From positions 1 to 48,298 of the forward strand of contig JALNLM010000011.1 of NCBI GenBank assembly GCA_023254095.1: a stretch of 48,298 nt of DNA, in the 5' to 3' direction. Positions 20,429 to 29,498 of this stretch are shown piece after piece. Both the position numbers and the translations under genes were made by a program. The notes below the pieces were generated by a model, which was given only the letters and a program-made list of their open reading frames with translations, was not told the origin of the DNA and made no database searches. Source of the DNA: Candidatus Geocrenenecus huangii. Lineage in GTDB: Archaea; Thermoproteota; Nitrososphaeria_A; Caldarchaeales; Wolframiiraptoraceae. The number at the start of each line of letters is the position of its first letter. The first letter of the stretch is position 1.

Positions 20429-20627
20429 TACACATCACTGATAGAATTGTGCTAGAGTTAGTATTGATAAATGAAATATAAGTTTTGCGATTATAAAAGC
20501 ACTAAATAAAGTGTACAACAATTATGCAGAAAGGCCGCAATGAAGTTAAGCTTGATTTAGTTGATTTAAATGTGGAAATAATGAGGTAACATCTAGTTTA
20601 CTGAAATGGCCATCAAACACCAGTAAT

Positions 20628-20644
20628 CCTCAAGATATTGGTGA
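20628..20644 (-). repeat. Right copy of the 17-bp inverted repeat (TCACCAATATCTTGAGG on minus strand)
   Basis: 16/17 identical to 19113-19129; 20/24 when extended. Confidence 0.7.
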
Positions 20645-20756
20645 CGCCCACATAATCAGGAATCTAGTAAAACTTTATTTTTCTAGGTTCTCGGGAAAAT
20701 TCTAAAAGAGAAGTTTATAAAAGAGATGACAGACTTATGTGTAGAGGCGTATAGTA

Positions 20757-21488
20757 TTGATTGTTACACATGAAGAAGTTGTATCAAGGTTTTTTAAGAT
20801 TGGCGCAGGTGGGGCCGTCGCAGGAGCTATACACATCCTTACATTGCTACTAGGATGGTATATTGAGACGAATGGAGAAGCAGTCTTAACTCTTACCGGA
20901 TATAATTTCATCGAATCTTTTCTATTTTCTGTAGTTGGTGGTTTACTAGCTGGTTTCAGCTTACTTATAGCATACCTGGTTAAGAAGTTGAATGCAATTA
21001 AAGTGCTGCTCGGAGGATTAACACTGACTGGTGGACTTTTATCTCTATTCTCTCCAATATACATATATGTATTCAAGATACTTGGAGTAAATCTTAGAGG
21101 ATACCCGGACATAGGGTTTTTCGCAGCAATATTTACAGCGATCATTGAGCTCGGCATAGGTGCTCTCATACTCTTGACGCCCTTGAAGAAAGAGGTAATC
21201 TATCCAATGGAGATTCCGCCAACCGTCGCGTATCCTGATACTTTATCTACTGAGCCAAGTGGGCCACAGCCTAGATTGAGGGGTGAGAGAAGTAGGACTT
21301 CTGTTGCACAAATAGAGATTGCAGAAGACGTTGAAGAAGGAGTATGCACTATATGTTATTATCCGTTAACCAGCGGGAATACTGTAAGATGTAGCGCATG
21401 CGGAGCACTCTTTCACAGAGACTGTATAGATGCATGGGTTAATCTAAATCATTCTTGTCCAAACTGTAAAGCGTTAATGTATAGCTGA
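20757..21488 (+). CDS. Membrane-anchored RING finger protein (4 TM plus C-terminal C4HC3 RING), putative E3 ligase
   Basis: Four hydrophobic segments, a Pro-rich linker, then CTIC-x11-CSAC-x4-H-x2-C-x3-W-x6-CPNC at 21345-21467. Confidence 0.85.
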   Translation: MIVTHEEVVSRFFKIGAGGAVAGAIHILTLLLGWYIETNGEAVLTLTGYNFIESFLFSVVGGLLAGFSLLIAYLVKKLNAIKVLLGGLTLTGGLLSLFSPIYIYVFKILGVNLRGYPDIGFFAAIFTAIIELGIGALILLTPLKKEVIYPMEIPPTVAYPDTLSTEPSGPQPRLRGERSRTSVAQIEIAEDVEEGVCTICYYPLTSGNTVRCSACGALFHRDCIDAWVNLNHSCPNCKALMYS

Positions 21489-21603
21489 GAAGGCATGTTT
21501 TGATTGAGCTCAGATCAGCGACAATTTTGTTTTATTGATCCTGCTAAAACGTAAGTAGATTTATATTGATGCAAGATCATGCTCAAGATCTAGGTAGACT
21601 GAA

Positions 21604-23085
21604 TTGAAGAAGATTTTAGACATTGATCAACGATACGAAGCCGTCATGAGGCTTGCATTAGAGAGGGGCTTCTTTTATCCTGCCTCGGAGATATATAGTG
21701 ATGCACCTGCAGGTTTCTGGGATTATGGTCCTTTAGGAGCATCTCTCAAGAGGAAGTTCATCGAGCTATGGAGGAGAGAACTCGTCAGAAGAGATAACAT
21801 GCTGGAGATTGATGGAGCCCAAGTTCTCTCGAAGAACGTTTTCATGGCTTCAGGCCACTTGAAAAGCTTTGTAGACCCTATCGCAAAGTGTCCAAAATGC
21901 AACTCGGTGTACAGAATAGATAAACTGATCGAGGAAACAATAGGCTTACATATACCTGAAAGACTTGACCTAAACAAGATAGGAGAGATAGTTAAAGAAA
22001 AGGATATTCGATGCCCTAAGTGTGGAGGAGAGTTAACTGATCTCTCATACTTCAACATGATGTTTAGACTGGGAGTAGGGGCCATGGGTACAGATGCCTA
22101 CCTTCGCCCCGAAACATGCCAATCAATCTTCGTAGATTTTCTAAGATTGTTTAAAGTTATGAGATGTAAGCTCCCCATAGGCTTCGCTCAAATAGGAAAA
22201 AGCTTCAGAAACGAGATCTCTCCAAGGCAAGGATTACTCAGGATGAGAGAATTTTACCAAGCAGAGATCGAGGTGTTCTTCAACCCCAAGAAGTCTAACG
22301 ACATACCTAAAGCAGAATCCTTAATCGATTATGATCTAAGATTGCAATTACTAGATTCAGATAAGATCTTGGAGCTTACTTGCAGGGAAGCATTAGAGAG
22401 AAAGATCGTGTCAAGCAAGCTCGTCGCATATTATCTAGCTCTTATCCAACAATTCTATGAAAAAGTCGGGATACCTAGAGAGAAGATAAGGCTTAGACAA
22501 CTAGGAGAAGATGAGAAAGCATTCTACGCTGTAGAAGCATGGGACCTGGAAGTAGAGACTAGTCTGGGATGGATAGAGCTGGTTGCATGCAATAATAGAG
22601 GAGACTACGACTTGGGAGGTCATCAGAAAATGAGCGGGCATGAGATGACCGTACTAGATGATGGAGAAAAGGTTCTACCCCATGTCTTCGAGCTTTCAAT
22701 GGGCGTTGACAGAAGCATATACTGTATTCTGGAGACAGCTTACAGTAACGTAGATGGAAGAAACGTCTTAAAAATAAATCCTGACCTAGCTCCAATACAT
22801 GCTGCAGTACTCCCCCTAGTTTCAAAAGAACCCCTAGTAAGTAGGGCTAGACAAATACATGATATGCTTAGAGTAGATTTCGACATTGTATATGATGAAT
22901 CCGGCAGTATAGGTAGGAGGTATGCTAGGCAAGATGAGATAGGTACTCCCTACTGCATAACAGTAGATTATCAAACCCTAGTAGATGATACGGTGACAAT
23001 CAGGTATAGGGATACAACGCTTCAATTTAGGATAGAAGCTTCAAAATTATACGATTTCCTTTCTAAGAGCTTCAAAATATACTAA
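21604..23085 (+). CDS. glyS: Glycine--tRNA ligase (archaeal/eukaryal type)
   Basis: DYGPLG, YLRPETCQ, QIGKSFRNEISPRQGLLRMREF, ELSMGVDR and SIGRRYARQDEIGTP motifs. Confidence 0.96.
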   Translation: MKKILDIDQRYEAVMRLALERGFFYPASEIYSDAPAGFWDYGPLGASLKRKFIELWRRELVRRDNMLEIDGAQVLSKNVFMASGHLKSFVDPIAKCPKCNSVYRIDKLIEETIGLHIPERLDLNKIGEIVKEKDIRCPKCGGELTDLSYFNMMFRLGVGAMGTDAYLRPETCQSIFVDFLRLFKVMRCKLPIGFAQIGKSFRNEISPRQGLLRMREFYQAEIEVFFNPKKSNDIPKAESLIDYDLRLQLLDSDKILELTCREALERKIVSSKLVAYYLALIQQFYEKVGIPREKIRLRQLGEDEKAFYAVEAWDLEVETSLGWIELVACNNRGDYDLGGHQKMSGHEMTVLDDGEKVLPHVFELSMGVDRSIYCILETAYSNVDGRNVLKINPDLAPIHAAVLPLVSKEPLVSRARQIHDMLRVDFDIVYDESGSIGRRYARQDEIGTPYCITVDYQTLVDDTVTIRYRDTTLQFRIEASKLYDFLSKSFKIY

Positions 23086-23468
23086 CATGGCTCAGTTAAA
23101 TCTTACTCCGCCTAGAAGTAGATTATCCCCACTCTGGATAATTCTAAATCTAGAGAATTTCACTGATTGCTCATTCAACTGATTAACGTAACTCTTTTCA
23201 GCAACTTGATAAAATATCTAACACCTCGTAAAAAGCTTCTAACGGTATTTCAAGTTTCTTCATTGATTACTTCGACTTCCGCTGAATAGAGGATGAAACT
23301 GTATAAGTGTCAAGGGGGAGTGGCCGGCTTATCCACAAGTAGTAATAACCTTCCTGGGGAAATATGAGAAGTGAACCCTTCAAGGTTGCCGGAAGAGTAC
23401 CAGAATACCTATATATAATTATGGATACATATAACATGGGTAGATTAGTTTCAATGTGGTGAAATACT

Positions 23469-24134
23469 GTGACTTTACCTAGAGATAGAGAAGAAGAATT
23501 CAGGATTAGAATTTTTACTCTGATTCAAGACCAGATCAGGAAAGTTATAGATATGTATAAGATTGCTCTAAGCATGCTTGAAAGCTTTGTACAAGATCCC
23601 AACCCCACAAAGCTTGAAGATTTCTATCAGAAGATCTTGAAAGCCGATGAGTCAGCTAAAGATACTACTAGGATGATTGAGATGGAGATGAGCAATGTCG
23701 GCGCATTACTCACCAACAAGGAAGATTTTATCAGACTAGTAACAGAGATTGATGAAATAGCTGACACCGTTGAAGGAATAGCTTATAGAATGGTCAATCT
23801 AGCGAAGATGAAGACAAAACTTAGTAGAGAACTAAATAGTAAACTATTAGAGTTGGGCGATATGGTTCTCTCAACATTAAACAGGCTTCGAGAAACACTA
23901 CTAGCTATAACATTAAATGCGACTACATTCCAGCAGAAGATGAGGGAGACAGAAGAACACGAGAAAAAAGTCGACGATATATACCGTACACTCGACTTAT
24001 CAATACTTACAAGTGAGTTAAAGATCGCACCACTTCTACTTACAAGAGAGATTGTATGGATGCTTGAAGAAATAGCAGATACAGCTGAGAGAATAGTCGA
24101 TACTCTTAGAGCACTATCATTAACAATATTTTAG
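23469..24134 (+). CDS. DUF47/PhoU-like phosphate transport regulator
   Basis: All-helical; KEDFIRLVTEIDEIAD, EHEKKVDDIYR and LEEIADTAE repeats typical of DUF47. Confidence 0.8.
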   Translation: MTLPRDREEEFRIRIFTLIQDQIRKVIDMYKIALSMLESFVQDPNPTKLEDFYQKILKADESAKDTTRMIEMEMSNVGALLTNKEDFIRLVTEIDEIADTVEGIAYRMVNLAKMKTKLSRELNSKLLELGDMVLSTLNRLRETLLAITLNATTFQQKMRETEEHEKKVDDIYRTLDLSILTSELKIAPLLLTREIVWMLEEIADTAERIVDTLRALSLTIF

Positions 24135-24162
24135 TCGAGAAAACTCTGAGAGGTTAAACCAG

Positions 24163-24705
24163 ATGATTACCGCCGAATTAATAGAAGATTCAGTAATCAT
24201 CTGGAGTATAGAAGATGGTAGAAAACTCTATAGAGAAGGCTTCTATGGAAAACCTTTAGGAATACCTAAACCCAAGACGCCTGATTTCGATGCACCTCTC
24301 ATCCTAGACATAATTGAGGCCGTCTACTTAGTTGAAAAAGGCAAGATCGAAGTATATCATGCATGCAGAAAAATGAGTTTAGAGGAATTAAGAGAACATG
24401 CTTCTAGAGCTTATGCAAAATTCGAAGAAAAATATCACGTATATAGAGAACTTAGAGAGAGAGGGTTCATAGTTACTCCAGGGATAAAGTTTGGAAGTGA
24501 TTTCGCGGTATATAGGCTTGGACCAGGCCTAGAGCATGCACCGTTTATAGTTCAAGTGAAAACTAGAGAGGAGAACTTGTCAGCTTTAGAGATTATCAGG
24601 TCCGGGAGGCTCGCAACGACGGTCAGAAAATACTTTACTATAGTTGTCCCAGACATAAGAGCAAAAACAAATTCATACATACTTTTTGAGTGGTTCAAGC
24701 CATAA
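24163..24705 (+). CDS. endA: tRNA-splicing endonuclease, catalytic subunit
   Basis: VYRELRERG..PGIKFGSDFAVY...HA...RLATTVRK with the Tyr/His/Lys triad. Confidence 0.95.
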   Translation: MITAELIEDSVIIWSIEDGRKLYREGFYGKPLGIPKPKTPDFDAPLILDIIEAVYLVEKGKIEVYHACRKMSLEELREHASRAYAKFEEKYHVYRELRERGFIVTPGIKFGSDFAVYRLGPGLEHAPFIVQVKTREENLSALEIIRSGRLATTVRKYFTIVVPDIRAKTNSYILFEWFKP

Positions 24706-24732
24706 TCCCTAAACATTATTTCTAGAATAACC

Positions 24733-25656
24733 TCACACGCTATTCTGATCCCTCAATATCCTAGCTTCTCCTCTGTAAAACCTGATGTAAACATCTGCTA
24801 GCTTAAAGATTGCTGTATGAGTAGCTCCAGAATAGAAGCTGATGTCTCCTACATTTCTTTCCCTGAGAACCTTATCAATTTCGCCGGCTCCTAGATCTAT
24901 GGGTAGCATATTTTTCGAGCCTACGGCGAACCCCCACATAGATGAAAACGACTTGACATAACATCCATAGTAACAAGTTTTCGGGAATACTTGTGATAAA
25001 GTTTTAACGATGGAGAGGAAGGTGCCAGGCGTATGGGAGATGGATGATGCCTGCGTAACGATCATGCCGTCATCTGAGAGCTTCCTATATGCAAGCTGGT
25101 AAAACTCTAGCGTATAGAGTTTCTCTGCAGGTCCTCCCGTAACTGGATCGGTTACATCCATTACTATTATATCGTATCTACTATTAGTTTGTTCTTCAAG
25201 AAATCTTCTCCCCTCATTAATATAGAGTTTTAACCTTCTATCTTGGAAAGCCTTAGTAGACCATGGAATATATTTCTTCACTAACTCTATTAATTCTCCA
25301 TCAAGATCAACCATCGTTATCTCTTCTACAACATCATGTTTTTCTATCTCTCTAATTGTTGATCCCTCTCCACCGCCTACTACTAGTATTCTCCTAGGTC
25401 TTGGATGAGTTGCTAGAGTTGGGTGGACAAGACACTCATGATATATTCTCTCATCTATTTGAGAAGACTGCATCAATCCATCTAAGAGTAGAGCAAGACC
25501 GTAATCCTCGGTCTCAACTATGTCTACTTTCTGATATCTCGTCCGCCCTGAGTAGACTATCTTCCTAATACCGTACATTACCTTGAAGGTCGGCGAAACA
25601 TTTTCCACTACATAGATCGACGGTTCAACGATATTTTCCATTATCCTACACCTCAA
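24733..25656 (-). CDS. speE: Polyamine aminopropyltransferase (spermidine synthase)
   Basis: LLLDGLMQS, DERIYHECLVH, LVVGGGEG and DIIVMDVTDP motifs. Confidence 0.94.
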   Translation of the reverse strand: MRCRIMENIVEPSIYVVENVSPTFKVMYGIRKIVYSGRTRYQKVDIVETEDYGLALLLDGLMQSSQIDERIYHECLVHPTLATHPRPRRILVVGGGEGSTIREIEKHDVVEEITMVDLDGELIELVKKYIPWSTKAFQDRRLKLYINEGRRFLEEQTNSRYDIIVMDVTDPVTGGPAEKLYTLEFYQLAYRKLSDDGMIVTQASSISHTPGTFLSIVKTLSQVFPKTCYYGCYVKSFSSMWGFAVGSKNMLPIDLGAGEIDKVLRERNVGDISFYSGATHTAIFKLADVYIRFYRGEARILRDQNSV

Positions 25657-26005
25657 CGATCCCTCTCTTGATTTCTGTCACACTCACCTTGCTCGGAGAA
25701 TAATATTTGAGGAAAACGTCATATGCTCTCCAAGGATCAACCTGGTTTCCGCATGTAAATATGTCTAAGGCAGCGTACCTATGTTCGGGCCACGTATGTA
25801 TAGATATATGGGATTCAGCTATCACTATTATACCGCTTACCCCTCCACCTGGAAAAAATGTATAATGCTCTCCCATAAAAGTAGCCTTACATGCTTCTAC
25901 AGATTCTCTCAGCACTTTTTTAGCTAGAGATATGTCGTGGAGGAGGATGGACTGGACTCCATGCATCTCTACCACAAGATGTCTTCCAAGAGTTTTCATC
26001 CCCAA
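25646..26005 (-). CDS. speD: S-adenosylmethionine decarboxylase proenzyme
   Basis: LGRHL, GVSGIIVIAE|SHISIHTWPE self-cleavage motif, DIFTCG; adjacent to speE; start TTG 26005 or ATG 25999. Confidence 0.9.
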   Translation of the reverse strand: MGMKTLGRHLVVEMHGVQSILLHDISLAKKVLRESVEACKATFMGEHYTFFPGGGVSGIIVIAESHISIHTWPEHRYAALDIFTCGNQVDPWRAYDVFLKYYSPSKVSVTEIKRGIVEV

Positions 26006-26100
26006 TCAGATTCTCCCCTCCCCCGGTATCCGGCTTAAAAATCTGAAAACCAGCTTAAAAACATACCTAGGTTAGAGAATCCACTCTTCTAATGATAGAC

Positions 26101-27204
26101 TTATATCAGCTCTGTTTCTTTTAAGAGCTGTAATGCTTCTTCCTCTGTAAGTCTACGTTTATGTAGAATTGTAAACTTCTCTCGTCTAATATCTGGAGAG
26201 AAGACTAAAGCCTTCACAGCTATCTCTACAGGGATTCCTAACTGATTCAAGCTTAACGGTATCCCCGCTTTCTCCATGTATCTTCTAAGCTGCCTCCATT
26301 CGTAGTCTGGATTTTTCCACCAGTTTGGATTGTATCTTTCATGATAGAGAGATGACGGTAGAGTCCCTAGAGCACATTGTATCCCATGAGGTGCCCTGCG
26401 AGACGAATACATATCTATGTAGTGGCTGAATAAATGTTCACTTCCAGAAGCCGGTCGAGAAGAACCAGCAATCATCATAGATATACCTGAATAGATTAAT
26501 GCTTCAGCAATCTTTTCATAATCTTTAACTCTTCCCATCTTCAAACAGCCAACTACTATTTCTACAGCCTTCATAGTATATTTCTCAGCCGTGTAGCAAT
26601 ATTTTTCTCCAGTCTCATCTCTCCCCAGCTGCCAATCTTTTATTGATACGACTTTAGCCAATAAGTCTCCAAAGCCTGAAGAGAGCAATATTTTAGGAGC
26701 TTTTGATATCAAGTCTAAATCTATTAATGAGAATATCGGTGCCTTAGTCACGATAGATCTTCTCCCACTTTCACTAAATAATGAGACTATAGGAGAAACT
26801 ATACCATCATGGGATAACGCGGTTGGAATCGTGAGAAAGAAGGCTTCATTCTTGTAGGCGGTATACTTTGCTACATCTATCACTGTTCCTCCACCTACCG
26901 CTATAACTGTCCGAGCATCTTTAGCTAGAATGGTTTTCCCTTCTGCTTCTCTGAATGTTGGTTCATTTACTATTATCCCTAGACCATCAACGAGTTCTAC
27001 TATCCTCTTTCCAGCGACTTTGAAGGTATTCTCATCATAGAAGACGGCTACTGGCTTCTCAACATTCAGTATTTCCAGGAATCTCGGAAGATCTTCTACT
27101 ATTCCTCTACCGACAACTACTTCTCTTAATGTTTTTTCATGGGGTAGACTGCATCCACATTCTTCCCTACTTGGGATTATTCTCCTAATATCTAGCTTCT
27201 TCAA
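26101..27204 (-). CDS. egsA: sn-glycerol-1-phosphate dehydrogenase
   Basis: GGGTVIDVAK, PTALSHDG, SRPASGSEHLFSH and HGIQCALG motifs. Confidence 0.9.
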   Translation of the reverse strand: MKKLDIRRIIPSREECGCSLPHEKTLREVVVGRGIVEDLPRFLEILNVEKPVAVFYDENTFKVAGKRIVELVDGLGIIVNEPTFREAEGKTILAKDARTVIAVGGGTVIDVAKYTAYKNEAFFLTIPTALSHDGIVSPIVSLFSESGRRSIVTKAPIFSLIDLDLISKAPKILLSSGFGDLLAKVVSIKDWQLGRDETGEKYCYTAEKYTMKAVEIVVGCLKMGRVKDYEKIAEALIYSGISMMIAGSSRPASGSEHLFSHYIDMYSSRRAPHGIQCALGTLPSSLYHERYNPNWWKNPDYEWRQLRRYMEKAGIPLSLNQLGIPVEIAVKALVFSPDIRREKFTILHKRRLTEEEALQLLKETELI

Positions 27205-27255
27205 TTTTTATCTAGATGTACTTGCTTAAATTTTAATCTACTCTAGTTTCAGATC

Positions 27256-27888
27256 TTATTGTTTTCTTCCAGTAATTATGTATGATAGAGAGTCCGCTAT
27301 GTAGCACGTATGGTCTGCTATTCTTTCAAGGTATCTCAATATCAAAGCTATCGAAAGTAGGCATCCCGTATCTATCCTCCCACCCATCTGGATTAGGTAT
27401 TTAATGTTCTCAGAGTAGAACTTATCCACTTGGTCATCTCTCTTCCTTACTTCTTCGGCTTTCTTCAAATCTTTACTCAGATATGCTCTTCCAGCTTCTT
27501 CAACCATCTCTAAGACTATCTGTGAGAGTTCTCTTACCGATGTAAAATCGCATCCACTCTCAGGGATCATTGCAACGATCTCGGATATGTTTGCGGCATA
27601 CCTACCGATCCTGGAGAAATCATAGGATACCTGTATTGCAGATTTTATTTCTCGGAGATCAGAAGCCACTGGCTGGAATCTCGCTATAAGCTGGACTGCT
27701 AGCTCGCTTACTTCATCCATCATGAATAGTAACTCATCGGACATCTTCCTAACGTCTTCGATTCTGTCAACTCTCGCCAAGACAGATTCTATACTCTTCT
27801 CTAACGTTTTCTCGGCTAAGTTGATCATATCGTTGATTAAACCGTTAAGTTTTAGTAGGCCGTAATCTATAGGTCTCTTTAAGCTCAT
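27256..27888 (-). CDS. phoU: Phosphate signalling protein PhoU
   Basis: QPVASDLR, RIGRYAANI, DDQVD and YLERIADH motifs; last gene of the pst operon. Confidence 0.93.
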   Translation of the reverse strand: MSLKRPIDYGLLKLNGLINDMINLAEKTLEKSIESVLARVDRIEDVRKMSDELLFMMDEVSELAVQLIARFQPVASDLREIKSAIQVSYDFSRIGRYAANISEIVAMIPESGCDFTSVRELSQIVLEMVEEAGRAYLSKDLKKAEEVRKRDDQVDKFYSENIKYLIQMGGRIDTGCLLSIALILRYLERIADHTCYIADSLSYIITGRKQ

Positions 27889-27906
27889 CTTGATTAACCT
27901 CCGAAG

Positions 27907-28668
27907 CTATCCCATCCTCCCCACAACATATTTCTCTGTTAATTCATGTCTAGGTCTAGTGAAGACCATAGAGGTTTCACCGATCTCGATTAATTCACCC
28001 ATGTATAAGAACGCTACGTAGTCACTTATTCTTGCAGCCTGCTGAGGGTTGTGTGTAACTATTATTATCGTATAGTTTTCTTTTAATTCAAGCATCAACT
28101 CTTCAATTTTAGATGATGCCACTGGGTCTAGGTTAGCTGTAGGCTCATCCATGAGAACTATCTTCGGTTTTAACGCTAAGGCACGGGCTATACATAGTCT
28201 CTGCTGCTGTCCACCACTAAGCATCGAGGCAGGTTTTTTTAGGTCGTTCTTCACCTCATCCCATAGGTATGCTTGCTCCAAAGCTTGTTTAACAAGTTCA
28301 TCTAATTGTGATTTATTTTTTACTAGCCCATTGAGTTTAGGACCTAAAGCTACGTTCTCATATATTGAGAGATGTGGGAATGGGTTAGGTATTTGGAAGA
28401 CCATCCCAAACTGTCTACGAACCCACGTAATATCAACGTTATCATTATATACATCTATGCCATCTATTCTTACCTGACCTTCTACCCTTGCATGAGGATT
28501 CAGTTCAAGCAATCTATTCATCGCTCTTAGCAAAGTACTTTTACCGCATCCGGATGGCCCCATTATAGCGAAAATTATGTTCTTAGGTATTTTGAAGCTG
28601 ATATTCTTGAGTATGTGTTTATCACCATACCATACGTTTAAGTTGTTAACCTCGATAGCCCAAGTCAT
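27907..28668 (-). CDS. pstB: Phosphate ABC transporter ATP-binding protein
   Basis: [28 protein letters not shown] and VTHN motifs; likely start 28668 (track start 28764 lies inside pstA). Confidence 0.96.
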   Translation of the reverse strand: MTWAIEVNNLNVWYGDKHILKNISFKIPKNIIFAIMGPSGCGKSTLLRAMNRLLELNPHARVEGQVRIDGIDVYNDNVDITWVRRQFGMVFQIPNPFPHLSIYENVALGPKLNGLVKNKSQLDELVKQALEQAYLWDEVKNDLKKPASMLSGGQQQRLCIARALALKPKIVLMDEPTANLDPVASSKIEELMLELKENYTIIIVTHNPQQAARISDYVAFLYMGELIEIGETSMVFTRPRHELTEKYVVGRMG

Positions 28669-29498
28669 ATCTTTACCTCCTTTACTACTATTCTTGAGAT
28701 TACGAATATCGCCAATATTATTGATAGCAGGATTGCTGACGCCCCCCATGCTACCTGATGCCATCTCTCATAAGGTGATAGTGCAAAGTTGTATATTAGT
28801 AATGGTATAGCATTTATAGGTTTGTCTAATCCTTCAAAGTATGAGAAAGACGTTCCTAGGATCGTAAATAGTAGGGGGGCTGTTTCACCAGCTGCTTTGG
28901 CCATCCCGATGAGTAGAGCCGTCAAAACACCACGTCTAGCAGCACTTAATAATACTCTCAGGTAAGCTTTAGGATGTGAGATGCCGAGACTGAATGCGGC
29001 TTCCTTCAAACTGTACGGTATAGATTTGTAGGCTTCTCTAACATTTAATGCGATGTATGGAATGATGACTACGGAGAGCGCAAATGCTCCAGCGAAAGCA
29101 TTAAACCTCTTAAGAGGGACTACAAGTATCGAGTATGCAAACAATCCTATAATTATCGTTGGGAATTCCACCATTATCTGGAGGAAGAGCTGAGTATACT
29201 GTGCCAGCTTTGTATGGGAGAACTCTGAGAGATATAGTCCTGTAAAGAAACCTATACATCCGCCGATCATTAATGCTAAACTCATTAAGATAAGGGACCC
29301 GGCTAATGCTGGACCTATTCCACCTGCTTTACCACCTATAGGAGGAGGTGGAAAATCTATCAAGAAAGAAAGACTTACATATCTTAAGCCTTCAGAGTAT
29401 ATGTTGATTATTATCATGAATATCGGGATAGCAGAGATAGTCGCTAGTAGAGAGATCGTTCCAAGCATTATCTTCTCTTTTAACTTTCTTTTATTCAA
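28665..29498 (-). CDS. pstA: Phosphate ABC transporter permease PstA
   Basis: [13 protein letters not shown] loop [19 protein letters not shown]. Confidence 0.95.
   Translation of the reverse strand: MNKRKLKEKIMLGTISLLATISAIPIFMIIINIYSEGLRYVSLSFLIDFPPPPIGGKAGGIGPALAGSLILMSLALMIGGCIGFFTGLYLSEFSHTKLAQYTQLFLQIMVEFPTIIIGLFAYSILVVPLKRFNAFAGAFALSVVIIPYIALNVREAYKSIPYSLKEAAFSLGISHPKAYLRVLLSAARRGVLTALLIGMAKAAGETAPLLFTILGTSFSYFEGLDKPINAIPLLIYNFALSPYERWHQVAWGASAILLSIILAIFVISRIVVKEVKI

Noticed and set aside
21200-21240. PPTVAY in the membrane RING linker as an ESCRT late-domain motif
   Set aside because: It matches none of PPxY, P(T/S)AP or YPxL exactly and is too short to support
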